From the NCBI GenBank assembly GCA_030526995.1, contig JAUNBP010000004.1:2440-66439 (forward strand): a DNA stretch of 64,000 nucleotides. Direction: 5' to 3'. Below the pieces are notes generated by a model. The model saw only the letters and a program-made list of their open reading frames with translations. It did not search any database and was not told where the DNA came from. Shown here one piece after another: positions 10,591 to 19,680 of this stretch (its first letter is position 1; each line of letters begins with the position of its first letter). The position numbers and the translations under genes were made by a program. Source of the stretch: Clostridia bacterium (lineage in GTDB: Bacteria > Bacillota > Clostridia > Christensenellales > CAG-138).

Positions 10591-11759
10591 TTTTTTTAAA
10601 TAAAGTAATGCTAAACCCGCATGTGTCTTTAAAAAAGGGCAAACAATACCCGTTTGTCGAGATGGCAAATGTTGGATGTTTCAAAAGGGAACCCGAAAAA
10701 GTTACTATGAAGACGTTCGAATCTGGTGTTAAATTTGAAGATGGAGATACAGTAATAGCAAGAATAACCCCTTGCTTACAAAATGGAAAAGGGTTTTATT
10801 GTCATGGAATAGGTAAGGGATTTGGTTCAACAGAATTTATTGTTTTTAGGCCACGAGATAAAAGTGTTTATGGCAAGTATCTCTATTACTTAATGCAAAC
10901 CAATGACATGCGCGAAAGTCTAATTAAATCAATGGTTGGAGCAACAGGCCGCCAGCGAGTTAACAATGATGTGTTTAACAGAATTGATGTGAATTTTCCT
11001 CTATTTGAAATCCAGCATCGCATTGCCGACATTCTTTCCGCCTACGACGACTTAATTGAAAACAACCAGAAGCAAATCAAGCTGTTGGAGGAAGCGGCGC
11101 AGCGGTTGTATAAGGAATGGTTCGTTGACCTCCGCTTCCCCGGCTGGGAAACCACGCCCATTGTAGACGGCGTACCGGAGGGGTGGGAGAAAAGAATCGT
11201 TAGTGATTTCGGTGAAATAATTACAGGGAAAACTCCTTCCACAGCAAATTTGGATTATTATGGCGGGAATATCCCTTTTGTTACTATACCTGATATGCAT
11301 GGACAAATATTTACATTAGCAACTGAAAAGACATTGACCAAAGCAGGTGCGAATACACAGGAAGGAAAATATCTTCCTAAAAATGCAGTAATGGTCTCAT
11401 GCATTGCTACGGTCGGTCTTGTGAATATTGCAGCAGAAATTTGTCAAACAAACCAACAGATAAATTCTGTGATTCTTAATGAAGAAAAGGATTTGTACTT
11501 CTTTTATGAATCAATGAAACGCATAAAAACTCTATTAGACGGTGTTGGTAGCAATGGTGCAACTATGACTAATGTTAACAAGACTAAATTCAGTAATATT
11601 AACGTGCTGTATCCAACAGAAGCGTTAGTGAGCAATTATCACGATTTTTGCTTGACTATCTTTGAAAAAATATTGAGTTTATCTGCATCTGTACGAAAAG
11701 CACAACAAGCCCGCGACCGTCTGCTGCCCAAGCTGATGAGTGGAGAATTGGAGTTTTAA
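10587..11759 (+). CDS. hsdS: Type I R-M specificity subunit S
   Basis: The ATG at 10587 overlaps the stop of the truncated hsdM (ATGA). There are two TRDs with a central conserved region (IADILSAYDDLIENNQKQIKLLEEAAQRLYKEWFVDLRFPG) and a C-terminal ARDRLLPKLMSGELEF. Confidence 0.85.
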   Translation: MIFLNKVMLNPHVSLKKGKQYPFVEMANVGCFKREPEKVTMKTFESGVKFEDGDTVIARITPCLQNGKGFYCHGIGKGFGSTEFIVFRPRDKSVYGKYLYYLMQTNDMRESLIKSMVGATGRQRVNNDVFNRIDVNFPLFEIQHRIADILSAYDDLIENNQKQIKLLEEAAQRLYKEWFVDLRFPGWETTPIVDGVPEGWEKRIVSDFGEIITGKTPSTANLDYYGGNIPFVTIPDMHGQIFTLATEKTLTKAGANTQEGKYLPKNAVMVSCIATVGLVNIAAEICQTNQQINSVILNEEKDLYFFYESMKRIKTLLDGVGSNGATMTNVNKTKFSNINVLYPTEALVSNYHDFCLTIFEKILSLSASVRKAQQARDRLLPKLMSGELEF

Positions 11760-11760
11760 A

Positions 11761-12420
11761 ATGGATAACTTCTTAAAATGGGCGAGTGAAAATAGTGCGG
11801 TTATTAATCTTATAAGCGTTGTTATTGCTTTATTGTCATTAATCGTTACAAGCCTATTAACGGTCTTGATAATAAAGCAAACAACTCACCTTAATCGTAA
11901 GCAAGTGCAAATGGAGCAGGAGATAAACACACAACAGGTACAGATGCAGAAACGTCAATTATGCGTCGATACATATCCGTATAAACGCGAGATTTATGCT
12001 AATTTATTCGCTGTTTTTGCTGTGTGCCAGGGCTTGACTCAAACGGTTAAGCTCGAACAGTTGCTGTTAATGGATTGTGAAAAAGTGTTTTCATACTATA
12101 AGTTTATTCAAGAAGCAAGCGTGCCAGATGTTAAAGCAGTGTTTTGGAGCTTGAGAGAAGCCCAATTTGTAATGACAACCGACATATCTTCTGCTATACT
12201 GGAAATACGGCAAAAATTTGACGATATGTGCGGTTGCTTTTGTTCGCTCGATGCTTTATCTAAAGTATTGAAAACGGAGAAATTGTCGACAGAATTGGAA
12301 AAAATCAAAAGGCACAATGTAACTCAAGGATTACGGCTGTGCAATGAAATACTTGCGTATTCGGACTATATGGAGTCAGTTATGCCAGATGCCATGAACA
12401 TCGGCGGGATAGAGCGGTAA
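11761..12420 (+). CDS. Hypothetical membrane-anchored protein (219 aa) embedded between hsdS and hsdR
   Basis: The ATG lies 1 nt after the hsdS stop. One N-terminal hydrophobic helix (AVINLISVVIALLSLIVTSLLTVLII) is followed by a predicted helical soluble region. No family was recognised. Confidence 0.6.
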   Translation: MDNFLKWASENSAVINLISVVIALLSLIVTSLLTVLIIKQTTHLNRKQVQMEQEINTQQVQMQKRQLCVDTYPYKREIYANLFAVFAVCQGLTQTVKLEQLLLMDCEKVFSYYKFIQEASVPDVKAVFWSLREAQFVMTTDISSAILEIRQKFDDMCGCFCSLDALSKVLKTEKLSTELEKIKRHNVTQGLRLCNEILAYSDYMESVMPDAMNIGGIER

Positions 12421-12509
12421 ACTCCTCAGGTCTTGTAGCGAAGGACTGGAAAAGGCTTAAAAAAGCAAAAATATCATTTATAAAAAAAGAGCATCAGTGA
12501 GGATAATTT

Positions 12510-15500
12510 ATGAGCTACGAATACTCCGAAAACATATTGGTGCAGAACAGCGCTGGAAATGTCTTGCATGACAGGTTGGACTGGGATGTTGTGTACGCTT
12601 ACAATACCGAGGTGTTGGGCGAGAACGGAACCTTGGGGCGGCGCTCGTACAAGGAAATTGTGTTAGTGCGGTATCTGAAAAAGGCGCTGTTTGCTCTAAA
12701 CGACTGGATGACGGAAGAGTATGCTAATTTTGCAGTCAAAACGCTTTGCGCCTACACCGCCTCTGCCTCTTTAATGCAGACCAACGAGGAGAAGTATTTT
12801 ATGCTCCGTGACGGCATTCCTATACAGGTGAAGAAGTCGAACGGCACGTATGAAACAAAGTATGCCCGTGTATTTGATTTTGCAGAGCCTGAAAACAATC
12901 ATTTTCTCGCCGTCAAGGAGATGAAAATTCACGGGGAGCTGTATCGCCGCCGCACCGACATTGTGGGTTTTGTCAACGGTATTCCCCTGCTGTTCGTCGA
13001 GCTGAAAAAGCAGACGGTGGATGTGAAAGCCGCCTATGACGGCAACTATACGGATTATCTGGATACCATTCCGCAGTTGTTCCGATTCAACGCCTTTCTG
13101 ATGCTCTCCAACGGTTTGAAGGCAAAGGTCGGAACGATGGGCTCGAAATATGAGTTTTTCCACGAATGGAAGCGTCTTAAAGAAGATGAGGCAGGTGCGG
13201 TCGACTTGGAAACCATGCTGCTCGGCATTTGTGACAAGCATAATTTTATGGACTTGTTTGAAAACTTCATCCTCTTTGACCATTCGGGCGGCAAGACTGC
13301 GAAAATTCTTGCCCGCAACCATCAGTATCTCGGCGTCAATGAAGCTGTGGCGTCCTACAAGGCAAGGAAGTTGAAAGACGGCAAGCTCGGCGTGTTCTGG
13401 CATACACAAGGCAGCGGGAAAAGCTATTCGATGGTGTTTTTAGCGCAAAAGATTCGCCGCAAATTTGCCGGCTCTCCGACCTTCGTTATTCTGACCGATC
13501 GGGACGAGCTGAACAAGCAAATTTCCGACACCTTTGAAGCCTGCGGCTGCCTAAGCGGGGTAAAAGCAAGCAGCTTTATTCCGGAAAACGGTGCCAAGCT
13601 GGAAGCCATGCTGCGGGGCAATCCAAGCTATATCTTCACGCTGATACACAAGTTTAATCAGCCCAACCCAACGCCCATCGTGCCAAACCATGATATCATC
13701 ATCCTGTCGGATGAAGCGCATCGGACGCAAAACGGAATCTTTTCGGACAATATGTGCAGGATGCTCCCAACGGCTTCCCGAATCGGTTTTACAGGCACTC
13801 CGCTTTTCAGATACGATAATATCACTGAACGCACCTTTGGCAGCTATGTTTCGATCTATGACTTCAAGCGGGCTGTGGACGACGGCGCAACCGTGCCCCT
13901 ATACTATGAAAATCGAAGCGATATGCTCGGCATTGAAAATCCCGATATCAACGACGAGTTGTTAAATGCAATCGAAGCAGCGGATTTGGATGTGAGCGCA
14001 CAAGCAAAGCTCGAATCCGAGCTTGCCAAGGACATTCATATTATCACGGCAACGCCGCGCCTCGATGCCATCGCAAGGGATTTTGTCGAGCATTACTCCG
14101 AGCTTTGGACAACCGGCAAAGCCATGTTTGTCTGCGTAAACAAAGTAACCTGTGTGCGCATGTACAACCTTGTTGAGCATTACTGGCAGAAAAAGATTGC
14201 GGAGCTTGAAGTCAAGCATTCGGTGGCCTCGCAGCAAGAAGCGCTGGAGCTTGAACGCAAAATTGCATGGATGAAAGAAACCGAAGCGGCGGTAATAATC
14301 AGTCAGGAGCAAAATGAAATCCAAACATTCAAAAATTGGGGACTGGACATTTTGCCGCATCGCAAGAAGATGGAAACGCGGGAGATGGACAAGGAATTCA
14401 AGGATCCCGATAATCCGTTTCGCATCGTATTCGTCTGTGCAATGTGGCTGACCGGTTTTGACGTGAAAAGCCTTGCCACCGTTTATTTGGACAAACCTCT
14501 GAAAGCCCATACGCTGATGCAGACCATTGCCCGTGCCAACCGTGTGTGCGACGGAAAGAGCAACGGGCTTATCGTGGATTACATAGGAGTTGTAAAGGCT
14601 TTGCGGCAGGCGCTGGCGGACTACACCTGCGCGGGCGGCGGCAAGGGCGCAAATGATCCCATACCCGATAAATCGGAGCTTTTGAAAAAGATTGCCGACA
14701 CAATAATCAGCATCGAAAAGCATATGGCGGAGAACGGTTTTTCACTGAAAGCCTTGGTTGAGGCAGGCGATTTTGCAAAGCTATCATTGGTGGCGGCGGG
14801 TGCCAATGCAATGTGCGCAACGGACGACATAAAAAAGAGGTTTGAAATTCAGGCAAGAGAGCTTTTCCGTATGTTCAAATATGTTGAAAAGCGCGAGGTA
14901 TCGGACGAAACCCACCGTTACAAAAACGCCGTCAGCGCGATTTATGAGCAAATGCAGCAAAAGCGCATTCGCTCCGATAACTCGGCGCTTATGGCGAACA
15001 TTAACGAGATCGTCGGCAATTATATTCGGGTTGAGCGAGCCACGGACAGCCCTGCCGAAAGCAAAAAGTTCGATATAAGTAGTATAGATTTTGACCGACT
15101 GCGTAAAGAATTCGAGCGAGTTAAAAATAAAAATCTGCTGATGAAGGATTTGCAGTCGCTTGTCGAGGAACGCCTTGCCAAAATGTTGCGAGATAATCCT
15201 TTAAGAATAAACTACTATGAAAGATACCAAGAAATTGTGGACGAATACAATAAGGATAACAAGAAGGATGAAATCTCCGTTGTGTTTGAAAATCTGATGA
15301 AGCTGGTGGGTGAGCTGGACGACGAGCAGAAGCGATATATAAAAGAAGGGTTCAACAGCGACGAGGAGCTTGCAATCTACGATCTGCTTTTCAACGATTC
15401 CCTGTCAAAAGAAGATATTAAAAAGGTCAAGGCACTGGCTCAGAATATGCTGTCGAGAATCAAGGCCCGCATATGCGAGCTTGACCGCTGGACGGATAAG

Positions 15501-15641
15501 GAAGAAACTCGTGCAATCATTGATACGATGATTCGTGATATGCTGTTTACGGACCTGCCCACAAGTTATGACGATACGGCGCTTGGGCGATACCGCCAGC
15601 AGGTATTTGAATATGTATATACGGCATATCCGGCAGCGTAG
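12510..15641 (+). CDS. hsdR: Type I restriction endonuclease subunit R
   Basis: Walker A is HTQGSGKSYS and the DEAH box is IILSDEAHRTQNG. It has helicase motif VI-like QTIARANR. The product is 1043 aa. Confidence 0.9.
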   Translation: MSYEYSENILVQNSAGNVLHDRLDWDVVYAYNTEVLGENGTLGRRSYKEIVLVRYLKKALFALNDWMTEEYANFAVKTLCAYTASASLMQTNEEKYFMLRDGIPIQVKKSNGTYETKYARVFDFAEPENNHFLAVKEMKIHGELYRRRTDIVGFVNGIPLLFVELKKQTVDVKAAYDGNYTDYLDTIPQLFRFNAFLMLSNGLKAKVGTMGSKYEFFHEWKRLKEDEAGAVDLETMLLGICDKHNFMDLFENFILFDHSGGKTAKILARNHQYLGVNEAVASYKARKLKDGKLGVFWHTQGSGKSYSMVFLAQKIRRKFAGSPTFVILTDRDELNKQISDTFEACGCLSGVKASSFIPENGAKLEAMLRGNPSYIFTLIHKFNQPNPTPIVPNHDIIILSDEAHRTQNGIFSDNMCRMLPTASRIGFTGTPLFRYDNITERTFGSYVSIYDFKRAVDDGATVPLYYENRSDMLGIENPDINDELLNAIEAADLDVSAQAKLESELAKDIHIITATPRLDAIARDFVEHYSELWTTGKAMFVCVNKVTCVRMYNLVEHYWQKKIAELEVKHSVASQQEALELERKIAWMKETEAAVIISQEQNEIQTFKNWGLDILPHRKKMETREMDKEFKDPDNPFRIVFVCAMWLTGFDVKSLATVYLDKPLKAHTLMQTIARANRVCDGKSNGLIVDYIGVVKALRQALADYTCAGGGKGANDPIPDKSELLKKIADTIISIEKHMAENGFSLKALVEAGDFAKLSLVAAGANAMCATDDIKKRFEIQARELFRMFKYVEKREVSDETHRYKNAVSAIYEQMQQKRIRSDNSALMANINEIVGNYIRVERATDSPAESKKFDISSIDFDRLRKEFERVKNKNLLMKDLQSLVEERLAKMLRDNPLRINYYERYQEIVDEYNKDNKKDEISVVFENLMKLVGELDDEQKRYIKEGFNSDEELAIYDLLFNDSLSKEDIKKVKALAQNMLSRIKARICELDRWTDKEETRAIIDTMIRDMLFTDLPTSYDDTALGRYRQQVFEYVYTAYPAA

Positions 15642-15740
15642 GCGGAGCGGACTTGGGGGCTTGAGATCGAACATGTTGTATTCGAATATCTTCGAGATAA
15701 TTTAGCCACAATCAAAGCAACTATTGAGAGAGGTTTGAAT

Positions 15741-17354
15741 ATGAATGATGCAATACATCAAGGAAAAGTCATAAAGTACCTGAGAGACTATCCAAATGTA
15801 GGGGTCTTAATACCAATATATGGAAAGATGTCGAAGCTTGGGACTGATGCTTTTTTTCAATGCTGTTTAGCACCAATTGAACTTGTTAAGGAAGAGATGA
15901 AAACGGATTGTACGAATAACTGGAGTAAGTGTACCCCGGGCTTTACGCAATGCACGTCTGGGGATGACAGTCAAATCGTCTATCATCGATTTGGCAACGG
16001 GGATGGCTTTGAGCCACTTATTATAGAACGAAATTTCGATGGACTTGGTATTGATAATAGTCTTGAAGTATCCGAAGAATTCAGGCTTATTAACAACCTC
16101 TGTTTTGACCGTGTAAAGAACGAATATGTCGATCCGGAAAACGAAACAACTGTAGTCAAAATCGAAAATGGATTGGTAACAATTCACAAGAACTATTTAA
16201 AAAGATTTTTAGCGGTAAAACAAATGTCGCTCCTTGTTCATCTTAGCAGTCGCGCTCACAACGATGGTGTTGACCCTGAAATAGAGCAAATAAGCAAGCC
16301 GATTTGTCTTGACGGAAAAAACACAACTATATCTTACGGCATAGATCATTTTGCCAAGTCGGAGAGGAATTACTCAAGTATTTATGCGAAAATGTTTATT
16401 AATGGGTGCAATCTATGCGATTGTGGGTACTGGCCCTATTCAGAAAGGCAAAGGAAATATGAAGAATTCATTGTAGGTGTTGATAATTCCGGGAAAGATG
16501 TTACTTTTACATCAGATCCCAATCTGCTAAATGGACACGGTAAAATGAATGAGAATTCACCCCACTATTTTACACCGATATTCTTTAAGCGTGCTGTTCT
16601 GCAAAAGTATTATGACTCTCCAAAAAAATATGAAATCGGTGGTGGGTTCCTGCGTTGCGGCAACAAGTGGCTTTTATACATTGACAACCAAAGTGCGGAT
16701 TATGTCGTTGCCTATCTGGGCGATCTGGGCAGGGATTTACCGTCGCAAAGTGAACAGCAACACTGGTGGCAATACAATATAAGCATTGATGGTGAATTAA
16801 GCAGGGCAAAATGGCAGCGTGATTTTGGCGGAAAGTTTACTGACCCTGATTCACCGGTTTTTCTGTTTCAGGAAAAATACAAATTAGTAAACGAACTGTA
16901 TGAGGAACAGCTCGGATGGACATTATTCTTGCCCCTCAATACCGATGATACATATAATTTTACCGGACTGCGCATTCCTTTGAGTAATGCTCAGCCGGAG
17001 TTCGATATGCAGATTCTTTGCCTGGTCAAGGTGCTTATCGATTCATTTAATGAGAAGGAACTATCCGCAGCTTGCGACAATAACGCATCGACTCCCAAAC
17101 ATAGTATAGGGAAATTTGAGCAATTTCTGAAGGTTAAAGGGGTGAAAGATTATGAAACCCATATCCGTTTTCTGAGAGACTTACAAGGACTTAGGTCAAC
17201 CGGAATAGGTCATCGCAAGGGAAAATACTATGTAAAAACCGCTAATAAATTCGGGTTGCCGGAAAAAGATTTCAAAACAGTATTCATTGAAATCATTGGT
17301 AAAGCTACGGAGTTTCTAAGCTATGTTCAGGACATTGTGCATGAAATACATTAA
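15741..17354 (+). CDS. Hypothetical protein (537 aa), no recognised family; C-terminal R-x5-H (HEPN-like?) motif
   Basis: It is a long AT-rich ORF with GAGAGAGG upstream of the ATG at 15741, about 100 nt downstream of hsdR on the same strand. The C-terminal helical region contains LRSTGIGHRKG (nt 17193-17213). Confidence 0.65.
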   Translation: MNDAIHQGKVIKYLRDYPNVGVLIPIYGKMSKLGTDAFFQCCLAPIELVKEEMKTDCTNNWSKCTPGFTQCTSGDDSQIVYHRFGNGDGFEPLIIERNFDGLGIDNSLEVSEEFRLINNLCFDRVKNEYVDPENETTVVKIENGLVTIHKNYLKRFLAVKQMSLLVHLSSRAHNDGVDPEIEQISKPICLDGKNTTISYGIDHFAKSERNYSSIYAKMFINGCNLCDCGYWPYSERQRKYEEFIVGVDNSGKDVTFTSDPNLLNGHGKMNENSPHYFTPIFFKRAVLQKYYDSPKKYEIGGGFLRCGNKWLLYIDNQSADYVVAYLGDLGRDLPSQSEQQHWWQYNISIDGELSRAKWQRDFGGKFTDPDSPVFLFQEKYKLVNELYEEQLGWTLFLPLNTDDTYNFTGLRIPLSNAQPEFDMQILCLVKVLIDSFNEKELSAACDNNASTPKHSIGKFEQFLKVKGVKDYETHIRFLRDLQGLRSTGIGHRKGKYYVKTANKFGLPEKDFKTVFIEIIGKATEFLSYVQDIVHEIH

Positions 17355-17578
17355 TCTCAATCCAATCAAGCACAAAACAAAGCATGGGTAGAATAAAATC
17401 GCACATTTGACAACCAAAAACTGGGGAGTATAGGTTTGGAATCAAATAATCCCCGTCTTGAATGTAATCGATGTTCGTAGCCATAAAACTCACCTCCTGT
17501 CATCAGCGTAACCGGAGGTGAATTGAAGTGCAAATATGCGAATTGGTTTTGAACTAACGGACATCGGTCGCACGACCC

Positions 17579-17950
17579 TCACATTCCAACCAACTTCTTC
17601 ACCGTGTTTGCAGTTCTGATTGTAAGCTTGGGGGCGATGGAGGTGGTTGCGGTTTTGGCCCACCAGTTTGTTTTTTGGTAGTCCGTGCGGCTGTAAGACC
17701 AGAAGATTGCATCGCCGCAGGCCGTTATCCTTTCCAAGCCCTCCTTGGGTTCGCCGAACTCGAAGAGGACGTCGGAAACAGTTGCGGGCGGCATAATGAA
17801 AATCAGCGTGTCGTAGATTGCCTTATCGTCCGTTCCCCACCAGGAGAGAGCCGTTTTCAAGATGGCTTCGAGCCGTTCCGTGGCGATATCAAAAACGGGA
17901 ACGGCGGCGCCGAATTGTGCCATTATAGCGGCTTCAATTCTTGCCGTCAA
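17579..17950 (-). CDS. Hypothetical protein (123 aa)
   Basis: Its composition is protein-like, whereas the antisense 99-aa ORF is Arg/Gly-rich. It starts 29 nt downstream of ptsI on the same strand. No family was recognised. Confidence 0.45.
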   Translation of the reverse strand: MTARIEAAIMAQFGAAVPVFDIATERLEAILKTALSWWGTDDKAIYDTLIFIMPPATVSDVLFEFGEPKEGLERITACGDAIFWSYSRTDYQKTNWWAKTATTSIAPKLTIRTANTVKKLVGM

Positions 17951-17978
17951 TTACACCGTGTCCACATAAATTAAAAAC

Positions 17979-19676
17979 TTACAGTGCCTTTATCATCTGC
18001 ATTATTTCGGTTTCGGTGCGGGCAGTGGCGGCGGTGGTGGCGAGGGCTTTCGCCTCGGCGGTTGTGATTTTACAGAGCGCCGCCTTAATTTTGGGTATCG
18101 AGGCTGCGTTCATGCTGAACTTTCTAAGCCCCAAGCCGAGCAGGACTGCGGCGGCGTTCGGGTCGCCTGCAAGCTCGCCGCAGACAGAGATGGGTTTATT
18201 TGCGGCGTTGAACGCGGTAATTGCCGTGCCCAAAAGCCTTATCATTGCGGGCGAAAGGCTCTGGCAATAGCGGTTGAGCGCGGGATTCATCCTGTCCACC
18301 GCCATCGTGTACTGTGCAAGGTCGTTGGTACCTATGCTTGCAAAGTCCACCTCCTGTGCCGCAAGGTCGGAAATTAAGGCAATCGAGGGAATCTCTATCA
18401 TTATGCCCGTCTTTATGTTCTCATCGAAGGGGATGTTTTCGCTTTTAAGCTCGTTTTTCGCCCGATTTAGCGCCGCCTTGGCACGGCGTATATCGTCGAT
18501 GCTGCCAACCATAGGGAACATTATCCAAAGCGTGCCGTATGCCGAAGCCCTGAGCGCCGCCCGAAGCTGGCAGTTAAAGATGTCGGGACGGGACAGGCAC
18601 AGGCGCAACGCGCGGTTGCCCAAAAAGGGATTGTTCTCCTTTGGAAGCTCCATATAGGGCAGGGTCTTATCCCCGCCTATGTCCAAGGTGCGAAGCGTTA
18701 CGGGTCTGCCCGCCGACCGTTCCAAAACGGTGCGGTAAGCTAAGAACTGCTCCTCCTCGGTGGGCAGATGGTCGCTGTCCATATACAAAAACTCCGTGCG
18801 GAACAGCCCCACAAAGTCGGAATAGGCGGGGATTTTGTCCCCTGCGCTTCCGATGTTTACGCCTATGTCTATTCTCACGCCGTCCTTTGTAAGCGGCTCG
18901 CACTCGGTAAACCGTGCAATCTCGCTCTGGAATCGAAGGAAGTCCCTGCGCTTGGTTTGAAAGTCGGAGATAGTATTTTCATCCGGCTCCGTTATCACCT
19001 CGCCCGCAACCGCGTTTAGCGCAAGTGTGGACGCGGGTTTAATCCTTTGCGTGACGTTCTCCACCCCCAGCACGGCGGGAATGCCGAAGCTGCGCGCAAG
19101 AATTGCCGAATGGGAGGTCGGACTGCCCGTTTCGGTAACGATGCCCAAAACGTGATCCCTGTCCATGGATGCGGTGTCGGAGGGCAGCAGGTCGTGCGCT
19201 ATTATGATAACGCCCTCGGGAAGTGCGGCAAGGCTGCACATGGGTTCGTTTGCAAGGCAGCGCAAAAGGCGGTTTTGCACGTCCCTAAGATCGGCCGTCC
19301 TTGCGGCTATCGCAGAATCGCCCACCTTGGAGAGCAGGGCGATAAAGTCCGAAAAGGCCTGCTGCACGGCACTTTCGGGCAGGAGCCTGTCTTCGGTTAT
19401 CAAAAGCTCCATCTCCTCCAAAAGCTCCTCATCGGACAGCATCTGAAGGTGGGCAGAAAATATCTTCGCCTTGTCCTGCTGTTCGGGCGGGAAGGAGGCG
19501 ACAAGCGCTGCAAGCTCGTTTTGTGCGCGCTCCATCGCATCAAAAAGAAGGGAAAGCTGCTCCTTCTCCCGTCCTTTTTGAAAGGTTCCGCCCTTGCCCG
19601 AATAGGTGTAGGGCCTGTATAAAAATGCCTTTCCGACGGCATAGCCCTCGGAAACGGGTGTTCCGTAAAGTATCAT
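17979..19676 (-). CDS. ptsI: Phosphoenolpyruvate-protein phosphotransferase (PTS enzyme I)
   Basis: The active-site region is GSPTSHSAILARSFGIPAV, and the C-terminal PEP-utilising barrel has IGTNDLAQY. The start was trimmed to the ATG at 19676 (MILYGTPVSEGY). Confidence 0.9.
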   Translation of the reverse strand: MILYGTPVSEGYAVGKAFLYRPYTYSGKGGTFQKGREKEQLSLLFDAMERAQNELAALVASFPPEQQDKAKIFSAHLQMLSDEELLEEMELLITEDRLLPESAVQQAFSDFIALLSKVGDSAIAARTADLRDVQNRLLRCLANEPMCSLAALPEGVIIIAHDLLPSDTASMDRDHVLGIVTETGSPTSHSAILARSFGIPAVLGVENVTQRIKPASTLALNAVAGEVITEPDENTISDFQTKRRDFLRFQSEIARFTECEPLTKDGVRIDIGVNIGSAGDKIPAYSDFVGLFRTEFLYMDSDHLPTEEEQFLAYRTVLERSAGRPVTLRTLDIGGDKTLPYMELPKENNPFLGNRALRLCLSRPDIFNCQLRAALRASAYGTLWIMFPMVGSIDDIRRAKAALNRAKNELKSENIPFDENIKTGIMIEIPSIALISDLAAQEVDFASIGTNDLAQYTMAVDRMNPALNRYCQSLSPAMIRLLGTAITAFNAANKPISVCGELAGDPNAAAVLLGLGLRKFSMNAASIPKIKAALCKITTAEAKALATTAATARTETEIMQMIKAL

Positions 19677-19680
19677 ACGG

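Noticed and set aside
2706-11759. A phase-variable hsdS shufflon between the two hsdS genes
   Set aside because: Both hsdS genes are on the same strand. I saw no inverted hsdS fragments, no shared long repeats and no adjacent recombinase gene.
17491-17520. The hairpin CACCTCC-N16-GGAGGTG as terminator of the ptsI operon
   Set aside because: It has only a 7-bp stem and a 16-nt loop. Its right arm doubles as the SD (AGGAGGTG) of the tnpV-like remnant ORF, so a terminator role is not well supported.
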